Positions 49,226 through 61,449 of a stretch of DNA of 64,000 bases are shown piece by piece (the first letter of the stretch is position 1; every line of letters starts with the position of its first letter). The stretch covers positions 62,001 to 126,000 of the forward strand of contig RDEW01000027.1 of assembly GCA_011109175.1 (NCBI GenBank), read 5' to 3'. The translations under genes were made by a program, and so were the position numbers. This DNA is from Dicyema japonicum. Taxonomy: Eukaryota > Animalia > Dicyemida. The notes beneath the pieces were generated by a model. That model saw only the letters and a program-made list of their open reading frames with translations, had not been told where the DNA came from and did no database searches.

Positions 49226-49811
49226 CAACTAGATTCAATTGCTATAGTATGACATTCTAACCACTAAGGTATCCGTTAAGTTATTCAATACTGCACTTTA
49301 CGAAGAGCCATATTAGCTTAGCTCCTCTCAGACAGGGCACACACTTTAAAGAACAGTTATCCTTACTAATCGATGAGGGGGAACCAAGGAATCCTCTTTA
49401 CTTTTTTTATTTTAGTTGGATATGAGTTCTTTTGTAACCGATCCTGTCCCGCATTGAGATGTTCACTTATGACATCGTCACTTGTCAAGCCAAAGCAACT
49501 TAGGGTACATGATCTATATTGGTTCTTAAAAACGTTCGTCGATAGTAGAAGTGGACTGAAGTTAAAATAATAATCGTAATTTAGACAGTTAAAAGTCAAT
49601 AATAATTTCCACGCCTATGTTCAAACAAGTGCTGTACAAAAAATCTCGGAGACTATTCCCTTCGACAAGCTCAGGCCGTGCCCTATTGTGCTACCAATCA
49701 ATTAGTTTTATCGAAAAAACTCTTAAAATTAAAATTTCTGTTAAAAAATTCATCCCTGCTTTTATTCTTTTTGTGGAACCGGCATATTATGATTATAAGG
49801 TTATTAATGTC

Positions 49812-50200
49812 TAACCCCGAAAAGGGGAACACCAAGAAAGAAGAAGTTAAAACCAACTAATTAAGTAATCACAATAGACTTCCACAGGATCGAGAGGTTT
49901 TTGATGTGCTGCTCCATCGTACAACAGTTTTTCTGAATCCACAACGTTCCTGTTTTATCAGAATTTAAAGAGGCGTGAGATTTTTCCCAATTTATAGAGC
50001 TAATTGGTAGAAGCTATCGAATTCAGAGCCACAGAGAATGATGAAGCCGGAACCTTTGTTCCGGATTTCCGTGTTGTCAAGTAATATAGGAATTGCTGGG
50101 CAGAGAAATTGGTTAAGAAAACATTTTTTCTCTTAGAGAATTAATCTTGTAGAACTTTAAAATTATAATTCCATAAACAAAGGGGCGCAAGCATACTCCA
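49812..50200 (-). mobile_element. LINE 3' end whose tail matches the family B tail
   Basis: TTACTTAATTAGTTG..TTTAACTTC..TTGGTGTTCC..GGGGTTA. Confidence 0.6.
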
Positions 50201-50365
50201 TTCTCGATTATAAAAACACAGCCCTTCCGGCAAGGAATAGGTAATGTTTTCATTACTTATACCCACCTTAGGCAGAACTCACTTTATTTTAAGGAGTAAG
50301 AACAGTAATGTTAATTAATCCAAGGCATATCCAAGACATCTTGATTTTTCGTTATTTTATTTTTG

Positions 50366-50530
50366 TTTGTGTGTGAGTTCTAGAAGACAATCCAGTTCCG
50401 CAGTGTTGAAACACAGATGACGGCGTCAATCTTCAACCCCAAAACATCGTTCAACCGAATGGACACCAGCGAGATTTGAATCGGAGACCTCATGGTTTTG
50501 ATCCGGAACTTATTACACTGAGCCATCCTA
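50366..50530 (-). mobile_element. tRNA-derived SINE (family A, diverged)
   Basis: A-box TGGCTCAGTG, core TTGACGCCGTCATC and tail GGATTGTCT. Confidence 0.7.
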
Positions 50531-50599
50531 TTGTCGGCTTTAAGAGCTGATAAGACGGTAACGCAGTCTTGTGAGAGCTAGGTCCTGGAACTTAGAAAT

Positions 50600-51400
50600 G
50601 CTTTAATGACGTCGACTTTCTGGCAGCCCTTTACCAGAATGTTTTTCACAAATTTTGAAAAAGAGGGTAAGAGTTCCAACACTCCCAGTATTCATGATGT
50701 CTCTGCATGGGAATAATATTTCCATAAAGGCTGATTTCTAGTTTATCTTTTTTGTCTTCTTTGGTTGTAAAAATGGTATGTGAAGATTTTTTCCGTGGAT
50801 ATGTAAAGTTGATTCAAAGGCAACCAATCCCCCAGGTCGTTAATGTGTGACTGACTTTGCCATATCCACGCATCTGTTTCTGCTTGCAATAATTAAATCA
50901 TCAGCGTATGTTATAAGTATTGAATCAGGCCCTCCAAAACAGGGTAAGTCGTTTAAGAATATTTTAAAAAGCGCAGGAGAAAGAGGATCTCTGAGGGACA
51001 CCATTCGAAAGAAAACGGGATCTCGATTTTGTATAGGCTATACACACACGTCCCCTTCGTCCTGTAAGAAAATTGGCTATCCATCGTTTTAAGTCGGATA
51101 AATTGAAGTGTTGACCTTTTCGTTAGTAAAATTCTCAGGACTGAATCAAACGCCGGAGGTCTAACGAGACTAATATTGTCCATAGATACCGCTTGAGTTC
51201 ATTGAATCCTTCCGAGCTAAATTGTGCCAAGGAAGTTAAGCGTTTTGCTTTAAAATGCTCCGATCTGTATCCGTGTCGGTAATGACGAAAGGGAAAATGA
51301 GGTTTAATTCTCCAAAGCATGAGTTTTTCCATGAGGCACGATATCGGACGGTAGAATGAAAGTCTTGGTTTAAGACAGCTATGAAATGTGAGTTCTTCAA
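50600..51400 (-). mobile_element. Vingi-like RT fragment
   Basis: YRPISC, HFPFRHYRHG, IDNISLV...AFDSV, VPQRSS, YADDLI; contains frameshifts. Confidence 0.7.
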
Positions 51401-51419
51401 TTTACTAGGGATATCCTTC

Positions 51420-52550
51420 GCGTTTGAGGACAAATAATCGATCTGATTGCAATCTCTCCAAGATGCTTCTGCAGAATTCTAGTAATATCACCTGGAACAC
51501 AAATATATGACTTCCTGCAACAGCAGTCCTAGGAATAAACCTCTCTAGGGCCTTTGACACGGTCCGCCATGGTCTACATCTCAAGATACTGGAACAATTC
51601 TTGGACCCTGATTTTGTCAATATGATCAGAGTGTTGCTATCTAACACGAAACGGGTCGGTAATACTTTTTCCACTCAATTTACGTGCAATGTTGGTACTC
51701 CCTAGGAAAATTACTGCCCTCTGCTATTTGTCATATATCCGGAGACAGCATTACGAGACCTTCAGAAATTATATGATAGCAACATCATCTAAATTACTTA
51801 CGCGGACAACGCCGACTTTGTTTCAGAACTACTTCGACTCCTTGAAGAACAACCTGCTGAGCTGAACAGATGGTTCCTCATAGTGAACATCGCAATAACC
51901 GACACTGGAAATCAGGAGAATGGAAGGCAGATCAAGTGAAACATGCCGAAAAACAAACAAATTTGGCTCTTTACTTGGAGACAGTCGAGATATTGCAAGA
52001 AGAAAGGCCTTTCACTTGGGCAACGATGAACAAGTTGAAGAGTGTATTGGAAAACGATCTTGCAATCACTTCGTTTGAGACTATATGAAGTTTTTATCAA
52101 GTCGATCCTAATATACAATTTATCGACCTGGAGGACGTCCAAAACCGAAAAAACTTGGACTAGATTCTTTCAACTGAAGACAACTTAGATTCTTACTAGG
52201 ACTGAACTGGTAACAAAAATAAACAAGGACTTACTATATAAGAGATGTTGTACGGGTCCATCGATTCTACGAATTTATTGATATTCGTTTGAGACTATTT
52301 GGGCATATCTTATGACTGGAGTTGGGTGCTCCAGCTAACATAGAAATGGAGGATTATTTCATGAAACGGGGACCGTGTTTCTGTGGACGTCGTCGTGTTA
52401 CACTTCCAGAAACACTTAATGGAGATGTAAACCTTGTGAACAAAGTCTAAGAAGTGGAGATGGTTTGGAAGAGTTAAAGAAACTCTCTTACGATCGAGAA
52501 AGTTGAAAGAGTTTAGTTCGAAAAATTGTTTCGAATTCTGCTAGTGTGAA
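51420..52550 (+). mobile_element. RTE-type LINE relic (RT to 3' end)
   Basis: GINLSRAFDTV, NVGTP*, TYADNADF. Confidence 0.75.
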
Positions 52551-52654
52551 ATTATACTATTATGGTTTTACGTACGTTTCCTGTAATAATAATGATACTC
52601 ATATTATGATTTATTCAAAATTTATATAAAATTACCTTATTTGTGCTTATTATT

Positions 52655-53130
52655 TAAGCACTTCACGAGAGCCATACTACTTATAGCCCCGCATGTGCAG
52701 CAAAAGAAACAATGTTAGATGTCATCTTTTTCCATGCTCTCCTGTTCCTAGCAAAGGCTCTCGTGTTGTCCAAGTTGTCGGCAGTTTTTAAATTTCTATT
52801 AATATTGACCAGGTCTTTTTGTAAGACTATTGGCAGTGTTGTTCTTGGTCTTCCACGATAGCGGCCTTCTTGGCTAACATAGTATGTTTCCATATATATG
52901 TTCGTTGGGGATGTTAATTTCATCCTCAGCACGTGTCAGAAGAGCTTCTATCGGGATTCCAGTACTTCTAAACTGATAGGTCTAGTGCTGCATCTCTTAT
53001 ATAAAGCATTTCTCGATATTCTCGTAGGCCAAATAGTTCTTGTTATTTATCTCAGATGACCTCTGTGGAACGAGTCTAGTCTTTCCACATCCGCTGATGA
53101 GGTCGAGTCTAATCTTTCCTTCTTTGTGCT
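52655..53130 (-). mobile_element. RTE 3' fragment
   Basis: RYRGRPRTTLPIVLQKDL; near-identical to 54381-54820 in the opposite orientation. Confidence 0.85.
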
Positions 53131-53559
53131 TGGATTTTGTATATAATAATTTCAGTAACAATTTTCTTTCAAACAAATTAATTTTTTTAAATTTTAACAA
53201 AAAATATTTTTTATATGACCTACTTAGAAAAGGGAAACAAATCTCTGTTCATATCCAAAACAAAAAAAACCTGATTGGTCCAAATGTTCAAATCTTCAAT
53301 CAATTTTTTCTGCAGGAATATAGAAGGCTCTTTCGCACAGTAGTCAGGATAATGGAGAACCACCGATGTTGGATGGCACAGTTGATTGCGGGAACTGGGA
53401 TCACTTAACTGTTTGACGTTTTTTTTGTTTTTCTTTCCCGGTAATCCCGAGGTTCTAAATAAATTTATAAAAATATTAAAAGACTAGAAAAACTCTCCTG
53501 TTTCTGATGGGAATCTTATTATTTTACTGAAAAATCTTGATATTGAAGAAAAACATGTG

Positions 53560-54900
53560 CTTAACGTTGTTCTGGACTTTTGATCCTGCTATGTTGCGAC
53601 ATCGAAACAAACCCTGGTCCACGCGGAGACTTAATAATTCTACAACTAAATACAAATGGAATTAAAAGGAAGATTCTGGAACTTCGAGCTTTCCTCTCCG
53701 CAACTTGAGCTGACCTAGCTCTCATCCAGGAATCCAAGCTCTCATTCTCCACACCAAAACTTTTTTTTCCGGGATACACAGTAATCCGTAAGGACCGTCA
53801 AAGAAGACCAGGTGGAGGACTAGTCACAATCATAAAGAACGGTATACCTTTCACTGACGTGAGTAGACGGACCTCAGAACTTTTGGACTCAGACGATACC
53901 ATAAAGCAGATCACCATCAAAATGGAGCTGTACTCGTCCTTTAAGATCAAATTGATTAACCAATATATTCCACCACAAGGATCCTACCCAAAATCCTACA
54001 CCCCAAATATACCCCGCCTCTCAGTACTAAAGTACGCTCTAATATGCGGTGACCTAAATGCCCGACACCCCGTTTGGCTAGCTTCACAGTTCTCTGACAC
54101 CCGAGGCGAGTTCATCGCAAATGGTCTTATTGATATGTTTATCCTGAATGATCCTGAATTACACACAAGAACCCCTTTAAGGAGCACTGATAGCTGCACC
54201 TCTCCTGATTTAACCCTATGTTCACCCTCTTTAGCAGGAATCACTACATGGGATGTGAACTATGGTTTTCCAGCGACCATAATCCCATCCTTCTTACCCT
54301 AAGAGGATTTCGGAGAAGCAGGACATTGCTGACCGAAGTGAAAAGTTTTAAAAATTATAAGAAGGTTGACTGGCCTGGCTGGAAAAACTAGACTCGTTCC
54401 ACAGAGGTCAGCTGAGAAAAATAACAGGAACTACTTGGCCTACGAGAATATCGAGGAATGCTTTATATAAGAGATGCAGCAATAGACCTATCAGCTTAGA
54501 AGTACTGGAATCCCGATGGAAGCTTTTCAGACACGTCCTGAGGATGGAATTAACATCCCCACCTAACATATCTATGGAAACATACTATGTTAGCCAAGAA
54601 GGCCGCTATCGTGGAAGACCAAGAACAACACTGCCAATAGTCTTACAAAAAGACCTGGTCAATATCAGAAGAAATTTAAAAACTGCCGACGACTTGGACA
54701 ACACGAGAGCCTTGGCTATGAACAGGGGAGCATGGAAAAGGATGACATCTAACCTTGTTTCTTTTGCTGCACATGCGGGGCTATAATTAGTATGGCTCTC
54801 GTGAAGTGCTTAAATAATAAAAGAAGGTTGACTGGCCTGGCTTCTCTGACTTCGTAGAGCTGGACCTTTCAGGATTATGGAAGACCGGAAACCACTCAGT
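53560..54900 (+). mobile_element. Vingi-like LINE 5' half (2A plus APE), interrupted by an RTE insertion
   Basis: LILLCCDIETNPGP (53598-53621), LQLNTNGIKRK, GDLNARH, SPDLTL; NYKKVDWPGF spans the insertion. Confidence 0.85.
54381..54820 (+). mobile_element. 5'-truncated RTE insertion with 22-bp target-site duplication
   Basis: AAGAAGGTTGACTGGCCTGGCT occurs at 54359-54380 and 54821-54842. Confidence 0.92.
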
Positions 54901-54919
54901 CCTGAATTCTGTACATCGT

Positions 54920-55805
54920 TTTAGAGTCGGATGAATTAAGGTGTTGTCCTTTTCGTTAGTAAGATTCTCAGAACTGAATCAAACACCGGAGGTCTAGCAA
55001 GACTAATATTGTCCATAGATACCGCTTGGGTTCATTGAAACCTTCCGAGCTAAATTGTGCAAAGGAAGTTAAGCTTGTTGTTTTACAATGCTCCGATCTG
55101 TATCCGTGTTGGTAGCGACGAAAGGGAAAATGAGGTTTAATTTTCTAAAGCATGAGTTTTTCCATAAGGCACGATATCGGACGGTAGGATGAAAGTGAGT
55201 ATGTTTGTACAGCTCTGTTCAACAGAATCACACGGATCAAAATCAAATTTCGCAACTAATTAACTGAAAAACATCTTATGCGTCATCAAAACTGAGTCTC
55301 TGTTTTGAAAGAATAGTAGAAGGAAATCAGATTCAATTTTCGCATTAATTTTAGTTAATAAAGTTTAATTTTCTTAAAATTTTTTTCCGCCCCGTAGACC
55401 AAAAAGGTTGAAAACCACTGGTCTAGGTTGTAGGTTTGGGAGAGAAACTGCAGAGCTCACACTTGAAAGTGGTCTCCAATTAGATTGATCTTTGATTCCC
55501 AGTGCAGATGATCTATAAGGGTCGATCTGAGACTCACAATATTTGTTCTGAAGACTAAACAAGAAACCTTATCCATGTATTCCTCGATTAACTGTGGATA
55601 CGTAACAGAGAAAAAATTACAGGAGGTTAAGAGTGTTTTTTATAAATTCTCCGATCTGTATCCGTGTTGGTAGCGACAAAAGGGAAAATGAGGTTTATTC
55701 TCTAAAGCATGAGTTTTTCCATGAGGCACGATATCGGACAGTAGGATGAATTTGAGTATGCTTGTGAAGCTCTGTTCAATAGAATCACACGGATCAAAAG
55801 CAAAT
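54920..55805 (-). repeat. Local re-duplications of a Vingi-like RT segment
   Basis: 54930-55196 matches 51095-51365; 55648-55805 matches 55090-55255. Confidence 0.8.
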
Positions 55806-56379
55806 GAGATTGATTTAACCTATACACTATTAAATTAATGGTAGCTATCAACCTGGCCTTGAACCCACGGTGCTATTGGTCTTCCAAAAATATACTCTTT
55901 GTGAAAGCGACACATCAAGATATCAATTTTCTAGAGATTCGATTATCTGAAGCAACTCATCAATGTTCAACTTGAAGCTTTAAACCATGTGCAGAAATCA
56001 ACAATAGATTTATTAAATAAAGTCAAATTTTAACTAATTTATATTAATTTAATTTGTATTTATTTTAAAAAATTGTTTTACAATATGGCGATCCTTTTAA
56101 TATATTTGTACATCAATTGGCGTGCAGTTGCCACGTTCTTGTGGTTGGTTCTGTGTTTTCTTTTTTACTGTTTTTTTGTTTTATTCAAAGATTTTTTCAT
56201 CAATGTTATATATTATTTGATTCATCATATAGTGTTGAATGCTTTTATTGAAATGTCTATTATATATATATATTTTGGTAACCTATAAATATGGATTATT
56301 CTCCACTATTTGATTTTTCAGTATTACTGTGATAAGTTTTGCGAATGTTTATCTTATTTGTAAAGAAAATTATATTTTT

Positions 56380-56950
56380 AATGGAAAATATGATATTCTA
56401 CATGAGCGTCCAATCTGGCCATGTATCCATGGATATCGTACTATTACAAAAACATGTCTGATTTATTTCTTTGCATAGAGTCTCCATTTTTAAATTCCAT
56501 TTCGTTATCAATATGGAGGATAACAGGAGGACCAGAGTATAAAAATTCTTTCGAACAATAAGGAAATTTTATCGGCTGATTTATTTTTTTCGAACTCGAC
56601 AATTCCGTATTTTGAAAAATTGACGAGTAATACCAGAACGTTTAGTTGATTTTAATTAATACCTTATAACTATTCGTCTTTATGTGAGAATAACTACGCA
56701 ACTCAATTAGATCGGATAGAAGATATCTGTCAAATGTACGCTTAATAATTACAATATCAGTACTAAATTGAAATATATGGCATATTGGCCTACTAATTGT
56801 TAATAATTCTCTTTTAGTTGAATTGTTTATCATTCTAGCATAAAATAATGACGGATTTATTAACAATGAATTTTTATTCAAGTACAATTGATGGAACTTA
56901 TCTATGACGAAATAAAGCAGAAACAAATCACTCATCTGGTACATTAACTA
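56380..56950 (-). mobile_element. rve integrase relic (Ginger/KRBA2/SCAND3-like)
   Basis: EFLYSGPPVILHIDNEMEFKN...IVRYPWIHGQIGRS resembles the FGPPxILHSDNGxEF...GRPRHPQSQG motifs. Confidence 0.55.
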
Positions 56951-57149
56951 TATATTTTTTTCTGAGTGCTGTAATTGAAGGGACGTGATAATTTAATTCA
57001 ACAAATTTGGAAAATGGAAAATTTCAGAATTTTATCAACAATTTTAAAATAGTCATTGGTAATAATGAAAATAACTAAATTTAGTTTAATTACGAAAACA
57101 AAAAAGAATAAACTATTAAATTCTATCGAAATAAAATAAATTTCCGATC

Positions 57150-58130
57150 GCCTCTTTTTGATAATACGAATATTTTCTTTAAATCTTCTATACCAGTTGT
57201 TATCAAGAATTTTGAAATATTATTTATGCATTATTTTGTCATATTGATAAGAGCCTTCTTGGACACTCCTACGCAAGACCTGTGATACCATCTTGAACAG
57301 GCTGCACAAGCGATCATTTTTTTTCTCATATTAGTTACGTTGCACTTTTCACATGGATAGGTGTTTTCCTTCCTTTCTTCATTAGTCTTCATTGTTGTGT
57401 CTGTATTTTCTTATTTCTTAAATCTTTTCCAAGTTTAAATCTAAACTCAATATTTTTGTAATGTCTCAAAAGATGTATTTTGAGCTACATTTTTTTAACT
57501 TCCATCCACGCTTTTTTAACAAGTACCATAATCTGTCGCATATCTATATTTTTCAAAGATTAATTGTTGTATCTTCTTCCAAATCTATTATTAAAAGTAT
57601 TTTTCTATCTTATGAGAGAAAGTTGTCGTTAATCTTTGAAAGCCACATTTTGAAAATTTCTCTATTCATCCAGGAATTTTTTGACGCTGCATATTAAATA
57701 CCGAATTTTTCACAATCAAAATATGATTAAGCAAACTTTTCATACAACGAGGTGATTTGTATTTTCCAATAACAAGGGGTCTTAATTTATTTCCTGCTGC
57801 ATTACAGCAAAGGAGAACTGTTACTCTTTCTTTACTGAATTTTGTACCATGACATGTTTCTATAGATTCGACATAAGATCTTAAAGGAAATTTTTTAACA
57901 TACAAAGATGTTTCATCACAGTTAAAAATATTTTCATGACCATAAGTTTTCAACAAATTATCGAATTGAAAGAAAAAATTTGCCAAATTACTTTTATCTG
58001 CTGAATTTTTTTCACCACAAATGGCTTTAAAAACCAGATCATGTCTCTTCTTAAATCTGTCTAACCAACCGTTTGAGGCTTGAGAAGATGTTGAATAATT
58101 CAATTATGTCGAAAATTTTTTCGCGATGGC
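57150..58130 (-). mobile_element. Tigger/pogo transposase relic
   Basis: ASNGWLDRFKKRH, IFNCDETSL, SKERVTVLLCCNAAGNKLRPLVIGKYKSPRC. Confidence 0.85.
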
Positions 58131-58194
58131 TTTGATTATTATTATTAATAGCACTTTCGAAGAACCAAAAATGTAATTTATTTAATTAAGGTAC

Positions 58195-58870
58195 CGCTTG
58201 TGCCGTATTTTTCTTCAGGTTATTTTTTCTTCCACAATTCTCTTGACTAACTTCCTCCATGCTCCGCCGTTACAGGCAGTTATTCCGAGCGTATCCAGAT
58301 CATCTCCAGTTTTCAGCTTTCGTCCTACATTGGTCAGGTCCTTGTGTAGAACCTCTGGCAAAGTTATGCGAGGTTTTCCACGGAACGAGGTATTCACTTC
58401 TGGGCAAACAGACGCCATCTTGATTCCAGGATATCCAGACTCAATGGTCTTGTATTACATACTTTGTATAGATTCTTGTTTGTAATTTTTTTTGGCCAGT
58501 TGATGCCAAGTAACAGTCGGAGTTGCTTACGATGGAAGGCATTTGTCCATTACCGCTTCTGAGACACCCCAGGTTGCAGCGTTGTACATTAGGACTGGTT
58601 TCACGAAGGCATTGTATAGTCTCACACGTAATTGTGTGCTAATTTGTTTACGATGATTCTAGACTACTCCCATTTTTCTAAAGGCCGCGACGGCCAACAT
58701 CTTCCTGTTAGTGATATCCTCAGCGTCTGCGAGCAACGATCCCAATGTCGGGGGATGTAGATGAATCATATATTTTATCAATTTTGAGAGTACTCGATCC
58801 GTTTGATATTGAAATTCCGGAGATTTCCGTAGACCCATCGTTAGTTAGCGACTTAAGTTCAGCGGATATG
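58195..58870 (-). mobile_element. RTE 3' relic
   Basis: FRGKPRITLPEVLHKDL; LYNAFVKPVLMYNAATWG. Confidence 0.75.
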
Positions 58871-58886
58871 TCAGAATAACGAAGGG

Positions 58887-59300
58887 TTATTCTGATGATG
58901 GTAGAAGGCCTCCACTGATGCGGTTCTGGCGATCTAAGCGGATGCAGTCGAAAACTGGAAAATGAGGAGTAGTCGAGGACTGAGTCAACTTGTTTTCTTG
59001 AAGCAGGATCACGTCAATGTTTTGGTTGTTTGTAAAGGATCGTAATTCGAGAATTTTGCTCTTTATTCCGTTGATGTTAATCTGCAGAATTGAAAGTTGG
59101 GGACCTGGGTTGAGCTCGATGGCGCCAGAGAGTAGTAGAAGGATCCCATTGAGGGTTGATGGGAGAAGAGTTGAAGGAAGCCCCCCGTAGGAACCAACTT
59201 CGGATGGGGGTGAGCAAATGGTCCTTTTCCTAGGCGCACCCTGAGCGCCTCCAGAAACGTTGTGACTGGTAGACCACATGACCCCACGTTTAATTAGTTC
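58887..59300 (-). mobile_element. Vingi-like LINE 5' end: pseudoknot, 2A-like peptide and APE start
   Basis: Pseudoknot at 59219-59285; LLLLSGAIELNPGP (59100-59123); ILQININGIKSK. Confidence 0.85.
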
Positions 59301-59919
59301 CATACATCACAAGCAATATTAATTAAAATTGAATAATTTTTCTACTTCTTTTAACACGTTTTCCAGACATCACAAGCAATATTAATTAGAATTTAATACA
59401 AAAAATATTTAATGATTTAAATAATTGATTTTTTGTTGATTTAAATCTAACAACCTTGGTTGAATCTATTTATTGTAGCTCTTTCAACTTGTCTTTGTAC
59501 CCATGGTGCTCTAGGCCTTCCAGAGGTATGCTTTATTTTAAAAAATTCACAGAGCTTTTTCATTTCAGAATTGCGAAACTCCTTTCCCTTATCAGTTTAA
59601 GAATAACGGGTTCTACTGTAAACATATTTTCAAAGTAGAGATGAGATTTCCAATGCACTCTTATTCTTTGTTAGTTCCACAACAGCAAACTTAGTGAATT
59701 AGTCAACGACGACTGAATCCTTCATATAAATAATTATTGAATTTTACCCACGAGTTTGGTCGATTTACGTCTGAATATCTTCTGAGATCTATAAGATCTG
59801 CCGTTTTTTTGTATAAACTTCCATTAATGAAAATGTGTGGATTTTTTATTACACGGTATGAAAGTGGGAGATTTGTTTTAAAATAACATTTATGATTTTT
59901 TAATTATGACTATTATTTA

Positions 59920-60545
59920 TTAACCCCGGATACACCGAGAATTAAGTTAAAGTAAACAACTAATTAAGTGAATCCAGTTTCCACTTTACAGAAACAGAGT
60001 CCATCCGGAATCAACATAAAGGGTAAAAGACTACAAAATTTGCAGTTTTGGAAACCCCTCCAGTGCAGTGGGGAAGAGCAAATGATCCTTTTTCGTGCCG
60101 GCCTGGCATTGGGGTCAACCCTCTCTATAGTGAACAAAATGTCCATGTAATCAAAAAGTTTCGATAAGTTTGGAACATACTTTGGAATAAGGGAGGTCGA
60201 CGAACTCTGATGTGGAATATAAATATACAGTGTAAAACGTCTTGAGAGTGAGAAAGGAACGTCGATAGAGATTTGTTCCAGAATGGGGTCTCGTTCGCAA
60301 AGAGAAGATATAAACGGGGTGACATCGGTGAACAAAGACCCTCCCTAACAAACGTCAATAATCCTCCACCGAGACTTCTTGTCCGGTCGATTCGGAGTAT
60401 ATTGTAGCCAGGGTAGCGTGGGGTCACGGCTGACGTTGAGAATTTAGACTCCTGAATAATGGCAATGTCCACCTTCAAACGGGCCAAGAGGGAACGTAGC
60501 TCCAGCACTTTATTACGGATTCCATTGACTTTGAGTTGGAGAATG
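59920..60545 (-). mobile_element. APE fragment fused to a 5'-truncated family B element
   Basis: LQLKVNGIRNK...IQESK (60125-60545) joins the family B sequence at its P3'/P1' strand (60120). Confidence 0.7.
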
Positions 60546-60896
60546 ACGAGCGTGGAATCTATATATATTCGTTTTAGTTTGACCTATCTTTCTTGGTGGT
60601 CTTGGAGTTAAATAAATAAATGTGCAGAAATAAAATAATTTTTTTTTAAAGTTTTTTTTAATTAAGAATAATAAAATATCATTAAAATGACACTCTATTG
60701 ATATTGACTGGTTTTTTGCTACATTAACGATTAACTAAAAATTACACCATTCAACTCAGAAATATCTGAATTATCCAGAGAACTAATTTTTATTTTGATT
60801 GGTTCTTGTGGAGTTCCACGTAAGGATGATGACACTTTATATTATTAAAAATTATACTAATTTAAATTACAGGATGTTTATGATATCGTATTTTGA

Positions 60897-61190
60897 CGTG
60901 CCGCCATGTGGTGCTACGTGGCTAATTGGTCGAAGTTTGTCTGTTACTTCTCTTTTCCTTCCTACGTCATGTGATCCACCTGTCTAGGTGGCGCCCAGTG
61001 CCTGGCTGGCACGGAAAAAGATCATTTGCTCTTCCCCACTCCTCTGGAGGGGTTTCCACAACTCAAGTAATGGACGTATTTTACCTTTTATGATGGTTCC
61101 GAGTGGAATCTGTTTCTGTAGCAGTGGAAACTGAACATACTTAACTAGTTGTTTCTTTAACTTTTTTTCTCGCTGTATCCAAGGTTATTA
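60897..61190 (+). mobile_element. Non-autonomous bipartite element (family B)
   Basis: Head GCCATGTGGTGCTACGTGGCTAATTGG, pseudoknot at 60963-61024, and the family tail. Confidence 0.85.
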
Positions 61191-61449
61191 AATTACTTAT
61201 ATCACTAATTGCTGGGGAGGCAGCACGAGAATTCCAAAATAAGAAAAAACGACATCCTCTTCACCAGATTTCATGTACAGCAAACCTTAGATTCTGTTCG
61301 AGGACACTCCTAACAAAAAAGTTCTTTAATTCAAATTTATATCCGAACATAACACAATGCTATGATTGGAAAATTTCTTAACTGTGCGGAAGAGTCTGGG
61401 TTTGAAAAAATACTTCAAAGTCAAGACTAATCCCTAATGGGTCCCGCAA

